Shown here piece after piece: positions 27,401-42,599 of a stretch of 64,000 nt of DNA; within the stretch, counting starts at the first letter, position 1; every line of letters starts with the position of its first letter. A model generated the notes under the pieces. It saw only the letters and a program-made list of their open reading frames with translations, searched no databases and was not told where the DNA came from. The DNA is taken from NCBI GenBank assembly GCA_965202585.1, contig OZ241832.1, positions 50,034,001 to 50,098,000 of the forward strand, given 5' to 3'. A program made the position numbers and the translations under genes. This DNA is from Thalia democratica (Eukaryota).

Positions 27401-30400
27401 TCATAAACGGTTTCTTAGACTTGTTTTGTTTTTCTTTATAAAAATAATTATAGTATTGTTTTTTTTAAGTTTATAGAACGTAAAAAATATTAGTTATAAT
27501 ATGTATCTAAAAAAAAAAAAACTCAAATTTACAGCTTTTAAAAATAGTATGAGCTGTACTTAACAAGAAAAGCTGAAATTAAAAAAAAAGTCACTTTTTA
27601 ATTGGAAGAGCAATTTGTGTGAGAGCATAAATGTAATTAACTGATGAGCTCGAGTAAGTGTTTCTTATCATCTTAAATGCTTCAATTAGCCATTAATTGC
27701 TACTGTTACAGTTGAGAACAACAATTAGTATCGAAAATTAAAATTGTTGTTTTAGTTTTTTAAAGCTTGTTTCAAACTGAGTAATTAAGTGTTTGTTTTT
27801 TGTTATTTTAATACAACAGAGCTCTGTCAGTTTTGCTTTACAAAATATTTACTTTATTTTTTTACAGGTGTTTTTTGAATTATATTTTTCACATAAAAGC
27901 GAGAAAATAAAGGGATAAAATAAAAAACATTGTTTGCTTAATTGTTTTTAAATAGCAAAGTTTAAATTGATACGCTACTTAACTAATTCTAAAAATCCCT
28001 ATATTTAAAAAGTAATAGATTAGATAGTCTAGTTAAACTAAAAGAAAAATCTTACAACATTGTGGAATTCTCATTTTAATGTTTAATGGATGTTTTTTTA
28101 TAACAACTGTTTTAAATTTTTAGCAACTAACACTTAAAACATAGCGTTTATGGCTTTTTTGGTTTTTGTTCTTATATAAACTTTGATCAAGAGTTGAAAA
28201 TGAGGCAATATATTAGCAGTATAAAAAGTAATTATATTGTCTGAAATACGAATTCAGCTCTCCGTCTAATTAGTCTGTTCAATTAGCAATGACAACTCAT
28301 TTAAATGACAATTAATTTGCGCTACGGTGCTAGCTTTAATTAGAGACTATAATAGATAAACTCAGCCTTAAAGAAGCCTACTTAAGAGATATAGTCGTCT
28401 GTGGCGAAACTTCCGAAATGCATGTATGAAAAAGACTGATATTAATTTTGCTTAACTGACGTTCGCAATGATTTCAGAATGTTCTTATTACACATTTGTA
28501 ACTCTAACTTTGAATTACGACGAAAGCATTAAGCTTGATAATTTGATTAGCTGACACTACCAAGCCATTATAATTCCATGAGTGTAATTAGTTTAATCTT
28601 AGCTTTTGGTTAATAGCTTTAATTTCATTACTTTAATAAACCTCTTGGGTATATACATCTTAGTCGAAGATTAATAAGAAGAATAATAATTTTAATAGAT
28701 ACGAATAGAAAATTTTAACTAATAGCTAGAAAAATTGTTAAAATTAATGGTTGAGACGCATTTTAGAAAATAAGTAATATTTATATCTAGAGAAATGTTT
28801 TTCTCCAGAACTTTGAGTTATCTTGTTAATCGGTTCAAGCAACTAAGCTAGCTATTAATAAATTTTTTTTTACAAATACTTTACATGTAAAGTTATTTTA
28901 GTAGTAAATTAAAAAAAAAATTTAAGTTGAATTCATAGTGATTTTTTATTGTTAAAACCGCTTAGTATATACGTTTGAATTATAGTTGTAAAATTATAAA
29001 CTAACTTAATATTCAATTAGTTATTCATATAAAATAAGCTAACAAAATAATAATATCATTCAAAAACATTTTGACGTTTTTAAATTGGTGTCTAATGTTA
29101 ATTTAAAACAGTATATTTTTATGCTGATAAATATGCTTTAAATTATAGATAAGCTACCTCAATTAATTAAAAAATTTTAATATGGTCCATTTAAAAGCTG
29201 TAAAAGTTTATTTAGCACTTTATTTTTAAATTAAGTAAAACACTTTCATATTTTTATATGGGTTTTTATAAACTTGCATAACCATTGTATCTAATTAATT
29301 AGGTAAATAGCTAATAACGTGTAACTTGCAAAAACTACATAGAAGTCTATCAAAACAAGTCTCTATCTAAAAACTTAAAATATACGTTTTCGTTTAAATG
29401 TTTAAAACTAGGAGAAAAAATTAAAAATTAATAGTTTTTTTTTGTAAAAAAACTTTAAGCTAAATGCAAACAAAAACAACTTGTTAAATACAAAATAAAA
29501 TTTGTTCAAGATCGTTGTCTATCAGTTATAAGTAAACTAACAAATACAGTAAAATTTTCAAAATTGACAACTTTCAAAGTTAAGCAAAATCGTTAGTACA
29601 CTCCTTTACAATTTCTTAATAACCAACAGACAGGAAATCAAATATTTTTTCTATTGTTCACACATTGTAGTCATAAATAAACAAAAAGAAAACACAAGAA
29701 GATAAAAAACTATTTCAAAAAACTTTTGGTTGAGTTGTTTTTGTTGGCACACGTACATATGAGCGATTTTGAATCTTTGATATAATTTTCACGGGCCATC
29801 AGCAATTTAAAACGGCTCACACTTAAATTACCTCATTCTTTGTTCATCTTTGTTGATAATGCTTGCGTGGTAGCTTCCAAACTTATTATTTGGCCGATAG
29901 CAAACCATTAATGTGCAAATTAAACTCTACTTATTTCTTTGCACTGTTCGTTTTGATTTTAAGCTTGTAACTGCTATGCGTTAAATTTGTTACAGGTTTG
30001 AGTTTAATATGCTGCTAGCAAAATTTGTGAAACATACTTATGGATTGTATATAATTTGTTGTAAGTTGATTTTAGTTTTTGCCTAACGAGTAGTACAAAA
30101 ATTGTGTTGATATAGACCCTTACTGTAAAAAAAGACATAAAACTATCTATTAAGGGTTAATTTTGCAAACTTAAAAATTGAAATAGTGTCGAAATTGCAA
30201 ACCCAACAAGTATATTTTTAAACTTACTGTTTTCTTTAGCAGAACTACAACAGTTTTGTGAAAACAAAAGCGCACAAAATAGTTGTTAATTTGTTCACTT
30301 GCACCCTGCTGGTGGCATGACCCTCGTTGAAGCGCCGCTTCTCATCCCAGCCACCCATGCTGTGCTCCTTTCCCACCAACGCAACACAAATTGATTGTAA

Positions 30401-33400
30401 TTGTTATCATCGAAGCTTTTGATGTTTCTTTCACAATTGAAGTTATCACGAATGTTGACAACAGTTGATTTTGAGATTTTGATTGCGCTGTAACAATAGT
30501 TCTTAATGAACCAGACTTTTTTTTAATATGTATCAGCAAAATCAAAAAGCAGGTGACTTAAGTTTTGTGCGTTTTCAATTTTCTTCACTTAGCCTATCTT
30601 GCAAAAAGGAAGCTTGCGGTGGAGCGTAGATAAATAACAATTAAAAGTTTGTTAAACCAGTGAGCGATGCTTTACTTTTTATTTCAAGGAGTTGGGTGAG
30701 AAAGCGAAAGGAAATAAAGTTTAAAACTTATTAGAAATAATTATATGCTGAAACTGAACGTTGTAGACTGAGTTTGAGTTTGCTAGTTTCTAATCTTTAT
30801 CTCTAAATATTAAAATGAGTAAAAAATGTTTATGCTTACGAGAAGTTTGAAATTTATAAAAATGTTTGTTGATTTGGAACAAAATGTTTAACTTTTATTT
30901 AATCTACAAGCCATACAGAGAAAGTCGACTTTAGTCTAGTCTAAGTACTTTTTGTTCTTCTTTCTTTTCAAATTTATTATTCAACAACCGATCGCGCAAA
31001 CTATTAGTTTAATCAAAGTTTTCTTTTGAAGAGCGCGTCGGGTTAGCATAAATTTTTCATTGCTCGTTTAATTGGGCAATTTCATTTTTTAATTTGATTT
31101 CTTGTGCAAGCCTTCGGTACGCTGTGGTTGCTATTATTGATTGGCAACTGTGAGTTAAAAGCTTTCGAGAACATTACTTCACTGAAACTTAGCCGTGATT
31201 CAAACAGTCGGTGAGAAAGTCAAACTTAGTCTTGTTTACTAAAAGCTCATTTAGGTAAACGCTTTTTTTTTCATAATTTAGCTACTAGAAAAAGTATACT
31301 TTTATTTATGCTTTACAAGCTGTACTTATGAAAAGTATTGTGCAACGCATAAAGTATTTTTTTGTTAGTTGAAAAAAAAAACTTGTATGCTCGAGAGTTA
31401 AAATATTTAATAATCTTCCAAGACCATCAATTGTTCAATGTATTAAAAAATAAAACTAAGTTAAAAGCTTAGTTTTCCCTTTATTTATAGACTTAGTTGA
31501 AAAAAAAAACGACAAAATCTTTAAACAAAATTAAACTGTCACATTTTGAGATAAAAAGTTAGATGAATTTCAATGTTTACCTCTTATCATTCAGTAAATA
31601 AACATTATAATTGCCATAATTACTTATAAGACAAAAGAATTACGAAGTGTGCTTAATGATGGTAATCATTTGTCTCTTCGTTTTGCAAATATTTACCTTA
31701 CGCCAAATCAATTTTAATTTTCTTTAAAAATACCAAAAAAGCAATTAGAAATACAATCAATAAGCTAGATATCAAGCTCATAAATTTTTTAGGTAGAACT
31801 ATATAGCATATTGTTCAAGCGCTGTATTATTTAAAAGCAATTAGTGTTTTTTTCTTAAAATATTTAGCTGCTAGTTTTTGTTATTAAAATACACAATAGT
31901 TAAAATTTATTTACTATAACATGCAGTTCATTTACGAAACTAGATTTTTTTAAAGTAAATTAAAGTAATTGTTTAACAGAACATTAATTAGTCTTAAAAT
32001 AATGAAACAGCTTCATTTAAATTTAAACCTTTTTGTTGAAAAAATAATACTAGTCATACAAGTTATTCTCAAAATATTCTAAAGCAATAGCAGAAGTCAT
32101 TTAATAGTACACAAATAAGGTTAAAGTACAAGCAATGAAAAGTTTATAAAATAAGCAGTTATTGCTAATTAATTTAATCTTCGGCTTTATACTGTTACTT
32201 CTCAATAAAAGAAATACTGTTTTTAGAGAAAAAACAAAATTTACCACAATTTATTTCTTTTTTTGTATTAATGAATGTTTAATAACCTTTTGTGTAGTTA
32301 TTTATTTTTTAAAATCAGTTTTATATATTTTTCAACCACTGAGCCTATCTTCATTTTTTATTAAAATTAAATAATAAATCTAACCTTTAAACTTTATAAA
32401 CAGTAACTTTTTAATTAAAAAATAGTTATTTTGGCTAAGATTTATTGTAATTAAAGTATTTTTGTAGGAAATTGTTTCCTGTATACTAAAATTATATATT
32501 TTAGCTAATAAAACTCCAAATTAAAAATTTTCTAAAAAAAACGATCTTAAAAAAAGAGTATTTTCGTACCAATAAAATATAAATCTAAATTAAATAGCAT
32601 AGTAATCTTTTGAGTAAAAAACCTTGAAAACAATAGTCTTTAAAGTTAAATAAATGCTATGTTATTATATATTTTGACGAACAACTAACAGCCAATATTT
32701 CTATTAAAACTTTAATTAGGAGTAAAACAGATGTTAAAGGTTATTAAAACGAAGTCATGCTGTGATTTTTTCTTTTTCATTTTACTGTCGCTTCATTAGC
32801 TGTTGAAACATACAAGCTAATTTGGAAGAAATTTCACATAAAATTGCTCTACGTTTAAAAGCTAAAATAAAGCTTTAATTTGACCAAGAAGTTTAGTTTA
32901 CTGAATTAATTATTCGGATGGAAAACTTAAGGTAAAGCATTTCAAAAAAGAAAAATTTAAATTTTGTATATGAAAACTAATTATCATATCGTGTTGTAGT
33001 TTGTATTTTTAAAAATGTTTTTTAAATTTATCTAAATAAAACTGAATTAATATTTTATTGATCTTAACTTTAAAAACGGCAAAAAAAAATTAAAATTAAT
33101 CACCGTAATACAGTACACGTAAAACATATGTTTGCAAATCTCCAGCAAGTTTTGTGTACTTGTAAAAAAATTGTTAAATAAGCTACGTTTCTACATTTTA
33201 ATCAACTTAGTTTTTTAATCTAAAACTATGATCTAATTTATAAGAAATATGTAGACTTACAAGAAAGAGAAAGCATAGTTAAACAAAAGCATGACATCCT
33301 ATAACAAAAGTAAACGATATAGTCAAAAGTACTATTTACTTTAATTTAACAGAAAAATTAAGCAGATAGTGGTCCTACAAAATAACTAGTGTGATCTAAT

Positions 33401-36329
33401 TTTAGATATTGTTAGCTTATAATTAAAGCTGTGATGAACACGAAAACGCTTCTTTTAAGCTGTGATAAAACTGCTAGTTTGATTGATGGTTTGTTTGCGG
33501 TTCTTGCAAGCACAAGCTGAAAAGTCTCAGAGGCATTCTCTGAAAAGTGCTACTTAATTAATGTGCTGGCATCTACCTTGCTGGTAATTGTTATTAGTCA
33601 CACGTGTCGCGAATCTGCTACCTGAAATTGCATAAAGTAATAAATTAATAAGCTGGGTAGCTTTCATATAACTTTTTGTGTTTGGAAGAACAAGATAGTA
33701 CTGGATTGTTAAAATGAATCGAAATTTTTAAGAGCTGATATTATTTCTGTAAGCTTTTGTTACTTTGTAATCATTTAAGTAACGGCTTAAGCATAAAGAT
33801 AATTTATTGCTTTAAGTAAGTACTGTTTTGAAAGCTACAGATTTAGAAAAAACTAATTATGTAGAGTCTATAGTTAGTTTTTGTTTTGGTTTAGCGTTTT
33901 TGCGTGTTTTAAGTTTATTGAGTTAAATATACTATGTTTGATTTATTAAAAAAACATTTACCTTTTTTTTTTTTTTCTGTTGTTGTTAAAGTCATAAATA
34001 AAAATATTTTGCAAGATATTTCTTTGTTTTTTCTTAGGTTTTGTTTAAAAAGAGTTTTCACAAACTCAACAACATACATTAACAGAGGTGAAATTTAATA
34101 ATACCACTCATAAAACCATTAAGTATGCAATCTCAGTTATAATTGTTAGTTGAAAATTAGTAAAACAATGAGTCATTTAATAAATTTGATCTGTAAAAAA
34201 TATTTTGGGCGTTTAACTTGATTAAATTATATTCAAAAAATTACAAAAACACTCAATGTAACAAAGCTGTGGAAAATTAACTGACGTTTTTTATTATTAA
34301 TAAGCATTTATTACTGCGATTAGATGCATAAACAGAAGCAAACTCTATTAACTACGGATCTGTCAAAATTTTGTTTTGAATTTTTAAGGCTGTTAATTTA
34401 TATTCTTTAAATTAAAAAATTACATAAATGTGTATTTAGTGAATCTCTCGAAATTTTACTAATTTTCATTGTTTTTTTAATAAACAGTTTTTATTGCCAT
34501 TAAATGCAGCAACAAAGGCAAAGCCTTTTAACTACATTAGGACAAAATTAAGTTAGATCATAGCTTCCGATGTGTTATCCCCTGAGTAGATTGACATTGT
34601 ACAGAGAGGTTTATTTGTAATGTAGCTGCGGTGAAACTTAATTAAAATTGATCGCTACTACTCTAACATGAATACTCTTTCGATGGTATTAGCAAACTTT
34701 ATAAACAAACTTTATTTATTTTAATGGGTGCTTTAGAGTTACTCCTTGTTTTGATTTTAAATAAATTAGTAAACTTGTTCAATTTAATTTCATAAACTGC
34801 ATATTTTTTTTACTCTCATACAGTATGTTTTATTTTAAGAAAAGTTTTACTTTTGAAAAATCATAATGTAATGTATTTTAAAAAATAATTGGTAAAATAG
34901 TAAGAAAATAAATTAGCAATAAGAATTGTTTATTGTTTCACAAACATACATAGTCAAAGCTTTAATAATTAAAACTTTAAAAAATATTCTTTTTTTTTCT
35001 AAGTTAAGTGAAAAAAAAATTAAACATAGCTTTTTTATTTCAAAAAAATTAAGTAATATATTTATTCAATGCTTAAAAGTTTAAAATAAAAGATAATAAA
35101 GTTTAAAGGTGCCCTTTGAAAAAGGCAAAGTTTATATCTTAATAAAAGTATACGAGTTTAAGCATAAAAAGCTGAATTTATTTTCATGAGTTAATGGGTT
35201 TTATTAAGTTACTTTTATTATTGTTCTGAAATAGTTGTATGTTTGTTTGTTTTAGAAGGAGTTACCTTAAAACAAAAACGGTTTATTTCAAATTAAAACA
35301 ATACCTGAATTTTGTTGTAAACTACTTGAACTGTATGAAGCTATTTTAATTGTGGTTGGCAAAATTTAATTAAAAACAAAAACTTTATTTTTAATATTTC
35401 TTGAACTATTAACCCTGAAAAATCTCGAAAACATGTTTAGTTTTTAAGTTTTTAATTAAAAGTTTTGAGGGCAATTAAAAGCTTGTTGAAGAGCACTCAA
35501 TACGCCACCATAATTTTATAATAAGTCGATCAATTATAAAGGTGGTGCAGCTAAATAAACACAATTTTCTTCGTACTTGTTTTCCTTTGGGTCTTGTATA
35601 ATTATTTTTCTTACTACTTTTCTATTGTGTTTCGAGAAAACTTTAAGATTATTTTCTAGCTTGGTTCGATTTGACTTGAATTAATTTGACCATTAAGCGC
35701 TGTTTTATTTCCATGTTAAAAAGTTTATTTTATTTTGTAGTTTTATATAGTGACGTGCATTTTGTAGCTTGATATTAGAAAAGATATTTAAAATGTAACT
35801 ACATGTAATGATTTTTTGTGTTTTTTAGACAAGTATGATATAAAATATAATTCTATGTAGCTTTATTTGTAGACAGTTCATGTTTTTTTAGCTTTATGTT
35901 TAGAAATAAACATTTTGTCAAGGTTGGTGTTGTTATAGTTTAATATAAAATTATTAAACAAAATTCTTTTTTTTTGTTTAAGTACCATTATAAAAATTTT
36001 TCACAAGCATTGATTCTAACTTTTAAAATAAGCAGTTATGTAAAATGAGATTTAATTATTTCTATCGTTAAAAATTGTAAAAAAGCTTAGTTATTAACAA
36101 TTATCAGTGTTGTAATTATTCAAAACATTTCAGAGGTTTTAAATTGGTAATTAAACATGAATGCAATTAAACCAACTCGTAATTAAGATTAACCTTTACA
36201 GCAATAGCTTCTTGCTCAACAGCCTAATTTTAACAACTACACACTGCGTTTCAATATATCTAGGTAATATACTTTTTTTTACTAGCGAGGTAAAGATAAT
36301 TGCGTTGTAAAAAACGAGATTAGATTTGT

Positions 36330-36670
36330 TTGATTGAGAAGAATAAAGTTTCAAGCGTTGAAATTTAATTGCTCCAGCAGCCGGCCAGGTGTCGCTCGAC
36401 AGAAAAAAATTTCTCGCGACAAAATCGTCAGTACACATAAGGAGCCTGGCAAGTCAAGAAACTTCTTTTTTGTTCGAGGCTTAAATCGTGAAGCGGAGCG
36501 TGTCGGCAGCTTGCGCGCTTTTACTCGCCACTCTCTCGAAATTTGCCGTTTTTTTCCCCTCCTCTCTCTCACCTCTCCACAGTTCGCTAATTAACGTTTT
36601 TATTCGGCCAGAAGCCGACTCTGTGCTGACGTCTCATGCGGCTTCGCGTATACGATTGCGCAGATTGTAG
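36330..36670. promoter_or_regulatory. Putative alternative promoter or enhancer in the large intron
   Basis: CpG-rich block with TCTCGCGA, a CT-rich run (cccctcctctctctcacctctcc), TGACGT and CAGGTG. No supported ORF. Confidence 0.35.
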
Positions 36671-39600
36671 AGTTATTTGGAAATAACTTGTTTCTTTGTA
36701 GCTTTTGATTCTTAGTTTTTTTTTGCAGCAACTGGTTAGTTTTTTGGTTTGTATGTTTTTTTTTCAGATTAAAGCTCGTGATGTTAAAAATCTATTTTCG
36801 TATGTCTGGAAATAAACTTAGTTTGAAAGTTCAACTTCGTTGAAATATGTTGTCGCTCGGCAAATGTTCAAAAATGAGCTGAGATGAAGTTTTTAATTAG
36901 TATTTTTTTTGGTTAATCAAAAATATTGTTAGATAATAATGTAAGTGCGTAAGTTCGTAATGCCAAGGAAAGAGGAGAATTAATTTCTTTTTTGTTATTT
37001 TGTTTTCATAGTCAAGTGTTCAGTGACGCTTTTTTGTGGTTATGTACAAATTTTTCTTACAAAATAATAATGAAAAAACTGTGAATGTTATGTTTACAAA
37101 ACCAAAAAGAATAGCCAGAGTCAAGATGTAAGTTTTTATGATTTTAGCTTGTGGTTGAAACCTCATGTGCAAGTTTTTTATTAATGTAATTTGCACCAAC
37201 AAATAGTTTTTTGCTCAATTTTTTATAATTTTGTTGAAAAACAATTATATTTTTTTAAATTACAGTAATATGAGATTGCACCCACGAATCAATTATGTCG
37301 CTTAATTGCAAAAAGAACATATATTTTTAAAATACGCCGCTCTGCTAATTTAATTATGTCGTGATTAATTAAAAGACTACATACTCGAAAACAACCTCTT
37401 TTCAATACTTTGCTCCTTCCAATCAAATGTTCTGTGTTTTCAGAAGAATTGAAAAAGTAAAAACAGTTTTGAAGCTTTTATGACCTTCTATGCGTGCGTG
37501 CGTGTATGTGTGTTCTCAAAAGTAATTAAAAATTTTCTTATTGTGCTGTTAATTTAATTGCCGTGTATGAGAACACAGAAAGGGCAAATTAAGTGTGTGT
37601 GTGGACAATGGAAGTTGAATGGGGAGCGGATGAGAAGGCCAAGTCACAGTCGAACGCCGTTGAAAGAGTTTATCTTTAACACATTATATATATATATGTA
37701 TGCAAAATTTTGCGAAGCTTTTTCTTGGTGCTTAGCTGACCGCTTCGTATCAACTTTTGCCGGCTCAAACATCGGCTTGTGCACTGCTTTTTTTTTGAAA
37801 TTTTTGCAACCACGTGCTTTCTGTATGCGTTCTGAATTTTTTTGACCTTAATTTCGTAGCAACAAGCTGTAGACTTGAAAAAAACACCGTTATCTCGCGT
37901 GTGTGGCATGCGTATAACTGAAATTTAATTTACTATTTTTGACATCATCGTTTCAAGAATTAATATACTTTCACCGCATAAAAAGTCTTACAGCCAACAA
38001 TAGAGCCGGGACAATTATGAAATTACGAAACACGCAAACCTTTTTTTAAACGGCAAACCAGATGCTATTAGCGCGAAATACACTGGGCGAAAATGCTTTC
38101 GGCCGCTTTGAAGTCTGGCTAATTATTTCGCATTCTCCCGCTTGCTTATCACCCGCAATCAGATGGTTCATTGAAAGTTCGCCCGTTCGAAATTTGTGTG
38201 TGATTCACGCCAGCGCACTCCTTCCTTATCAATTTGATTAAATCGCTGAAAACATTATTAACAATTACTTATAAAATTGCAAGGTTTGAAATAAAGGCAC
38301 GAAGGGCTGAAAAACAAGCATTGTGCGCTCTGTGGGAATTTCTTACGTATGGGCAGTTATGATTAAATAATTGGTCGCTGTAATTGAGGTATTTCGATAC
38401 GATAATGTTCTAATAGCCAGATGAACAGAGTCGTTTTTGTCACACAGCGAAAATGGGTTTTTGGAAGGCTGGCGAGCGATTACAGGCTAGACACTAAAAA
38501 CGTTAATTTCAACTTTGAAATTTCGATCCTCCTTAATTAAAGCACACAAAGTAGTTTAAATGTAATATTAAAGCTATTATTTTTCCGCGAAGCGCCAAAT
38601 AAATATGTCATTTATAGCAGAAGAGATGTTTCTAATTAAAGAAAAAAGAGATAAGAGATAAATCTAAAAACAGATTGAAACATTTTCAAGCGCATTAAAA
38701 AGTTACTAGCTATCGAAGGCCTTTTAAGTATTTTATCTAAAGTAGATTTATAAGTACTAACAAGAGTTTTTATAATTTTAATAAAAAGCATTAGACCAAA
38801 GTAAAATTAACATTACACCTTTTAGTTATAGAAAAATCCAAAGCTTTGAAACAGTGTTAATCTAACATAACAAGTTATAAGCTTTTTTGAGAATAATTGT
38901 TTTTATCAGTTAGATTAATTAAAATTTGTTAATTAAAGGTAAAAAAGAATCTTTATTCATTGCGAAAAGTTTTAAACTATATTTGTTTATTTTAATTAGT
39001 GGTTTGAAGATTTAAAAAACATAAATTTGTTAGGCTTGTTTTTTGAATGAAACTTTTACTAGATTGCACTCAAACTTTTAACTTTTTCTCAATAAGAATC
39101 AGCCTTAACTTATTGACGATTCGAGTGAAAAAATCGTAATTCAAAAGATAACACAAACCGAGCGAGGCGAACTTTCAATTTCGACGTTCAATCAAAAAAA
39201 AAGCAATATTTGCTGCTTTGCGGTGCAATAATCACACGACTCGCCATAGAACGCACAGGCGAGAAGGTTCGTGATTAATTCATCTTGGGGATGATGAGAA
39301 GCACCTAGCAGCAGATGCGAGGATGCCGACCACCGTGCAGCTGATCACAGCATTTTCCCACCTCTCATGCGAGCTTACTTTTTTTTATGAATTTTTTTGT
39401 CGGTGCGAGTTTTCGTTTGATAGGTTAGATGTTGCTTTCGAGTTTAAATTAAAATTTTTTGCTTACTTGTGAACACAGGTTTTTTTTTTGATAGCATGTC
39501 ACTTGAACATTAAATATTAATTTTTTTATATTACGTTTTTTAGCTGAGACTGTTTTTAATTTTCAACAGCACTTAAAAGCTTTGTCGCAGAACAAGAAAT

Positions 39601-40772
39601 AAGTTTTACTTTTTATCGTTTCGTTTTGCTTTCTTTTTTTTCCTAGGCCAAGTTAACAAACAGCTTTTGTTTTTATTTTCAGGTAATTTTGAAAATTTAC
39701 ATTTTAGTTTAAGCAGCCTGGCAGTTGTAAGTCATAGTTTTGAATTCCTGGCTTTATCATTATTATGTATTATTTATATTAGTTTTGCTACTTGCTCACT
39801 CTAGAGGTAGTTTAATTTTTAATGAGTGAGTAGAAAACGGCTGCAATTATACAGCACTTATGTTGTTAAAGCTGTCTTACAGTTTCTAATTGTGCTCTTT
39901 TTTTAAGGATTAATATAATTTAAAGTGTCAAGTTTTTTCACTACTGGATGTTTAAAGAAATGTTATACTTTTACAACTTAAAACGATTACAATTATAAAG
40001 CAGTTTTCATTTAACTTTAGAATATATTAAATATTTTTAAGTTTTAAAAACAGTTGACAATAAAAAATTCATTTTAAATAAAGCGTTGTCGAAACGACAA
40101 TTAAAAGTAATTGAAAAGATAATAGCTTAAAATAAAGAACTAAAAATATGTTTACTGGTGAAAGTTTCTACTTTGAATTGAACAAAAATATTTTTCTTTT
40201 AAACTTTATTTACTGTTTAAAATTATGAAAAGTTTAAAAGTTTGTAGTTAAACTTACCTAATTATATGTTTAACATTTATTTTAATGCTTAAATTAAAGA
40301 TAAAACTAACAAAATTAGTCTCAAAACTTGTGTGAATTTTTTAAGTTTTGATAAAACAAAGCAATTATATAACATATTATCTCTTCTTGTACATTTCTTT
40401 AACTATCAAACTTCAACACAAGAACTGAATAGTATGAAGTTAAAAAACATGAAACAAAATCATATAAGCTCAGCTTTAAAATTCTGCTAATTTAAAATTC
40501 AATTAAAGAAAAACTTATATGTAAGTTTAATTAGCTTCTTATAACACAGCTCTCAGGAGAGTTACGAAATTTAATTAAGTTAGATTCCATTTATCGGTTG
40601 TAAACGTAATTATTTGGATTTTAGCAATTTACTTGTAATTTTTTTTTTGCGAATAAGAGTGTGTTTGTTTTAAAAATATTAATTTATTCCAAGTTCGAGC
40701 TATGTTTATCATTTTAATAGATCTTAAGTTTTCCTAGAACAGTAAGTATATAAACTACATAAGAATTTGTAA

Positions 40773-40793
40773 ATATATATATATATATATATA
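40773..40793. repeat. (AT)10 microsatellite
   Basis: Direct reading of the sequence. Confidence 0.9.
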
Positions 40794-42599
40794 AACTATG
40801 CTTTAGTATAATCGTACAGAGTATATACTTTTTGTACTTAGAGTTCTAAAAATACACCTTCCTACTTACTTGGAATTGTTTTTCTAAAAATGAGTTAATT
40901 GGTGTTTAAAACTGCTTGCCAAAGGTTATGTAAAAAATGAAAACTTAAAAAGTATACAATGCCATGTTTTTAAGTGCAAATTAAAATAAGATTAGATAAG
41001 AAGTTTCATTAGCGCTTAACTAATTTAAATCTGGGGAGTTTGTCACGTTTTAATGAAACATCTCGAATAAATTGGTAGAAATCACTGAAAAGCTTTTGAA
41101 AAACTTTATTATTACTTTTAGACTATACACTTAATTTTTTTCGACAGGAAAATGTTATGCTTAATGATTATTTTAAAATTTGTATTTTTAAAATGTTCTA
41201 AAATATTTAGTATAGCTTAGCACTTTTTATTACTGCTTATAGCTAACTAATCATTCATCAACGCTTATAGATTATGTTATCATTCTGCTTTGTTTACTAA
41301 AAAGAGGACTAAACTAATATTACTTTATTAGGAAAGTATAATGAATTTGGAGAATTTATAAATTAATTATGTTGTTTCTGATTAATTAATTTGGAAAACA
41401 ACGATATAAATCTTAAAATATGTTTTTTAACAAATAAAGTTGGACACTTAATCAACGCTAACTTGATGAATTAGTGTTTATGTACCATAAAAATTCTTAT
41501 AAGTTTTATTATAAAGTCGTAGCTGTATTTATATCAGACTAAAAACGAACGTTTAGCTACGAGTATAAATTTATTATTTATAACAATTATGACAAATTCT
41601 CGTTTTTACAGCTGTTAAAAACATTGAAAACTTAGCTTTCTGCTTTGAGGTCGGTATTTACTAATTAACATGATTAATTGTTATTGGACTTTAAAACGGT
41701 TTCCTTAATCACATTTAATATTTTATCCAAAGCAGCGTGTTTGCGCTTAAAAATGCGCACAAACCACACAGTAGGCTGGGAACATAAGCTAAAAAGATAA
41801 AACGTAAACTAGTTTTGTGAAAATTATCTCAGAAACATACGTGTATACGCATCCCTTTAGTATTTAAGGTGATTAAAAAACTAATTAACTCGAAATTAAT
41901 TTTTCTTAACTTTTAATCATGTACAAACGGTGGCTTTATCTTGAACTTTGATAGCTGGCTGTCTAATATAATTGACCTCATAATTTAAAACGCAGATAAA
42001 ATAGGTGGTCAGGATAATATGTACTTAATAAAAATTGTTGGTGTGCCCACGTAGGTTTTACACCCAACAACTAGCATATTGTTAGAAGGCCGCTTACTGA
42101 TTATTTGAAAAAAAATATTTTTTAATTAAAGCTATCATACTTACAAACCAATTTATGATACAATTTTACCTCGTTTTTTTTTAACGTACGTTTTTACAGC
42201 AATTTGGCAGTTAACAAGTAGTTATTTTAACATATTATGCGAGAGGTTTGTGCATGCATGTAAAATTGTATTAGAGGAAGTTACATTGATTACGTCTTCG
42301 AAATTTTTAAATAAGTTCAATCACCGGTTAACGTGCCTACTTGTCTTTGAATTTAGTTTCAATGCGCTCGGTGTATTTTCAGCAAATATTTTATTCGCTC
42401 AAATTACTTTTTATCTGCAGCATCTCGCGCATTACTTGTGTATTAGCATGAGAAATTAAACGCGCTCCTACAAATAATGTTTAGCTAAATTGGTTGTTTT
42501 CAAATTACGCTTAATTTGAAAGTTCTTGAGTTTGTGACTGTAATAACCCGTAGCAATAGTAATTGAGAGTCTATTTGTTAAAATTACACTTAGTTCTTG

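Noticed and set aside
31142-31153. tggcaactgtga, matching the 3' half of miR-216
   Set aside because: The seed half is absent and there is no hairpin.
42035-42070. 12-bp hairpin followed by CTAG (Helitron 3' end?)
   Set aside because: The hairpin abuts CTAG without the usual spacer, and no 5' TC end or other copies were seen.
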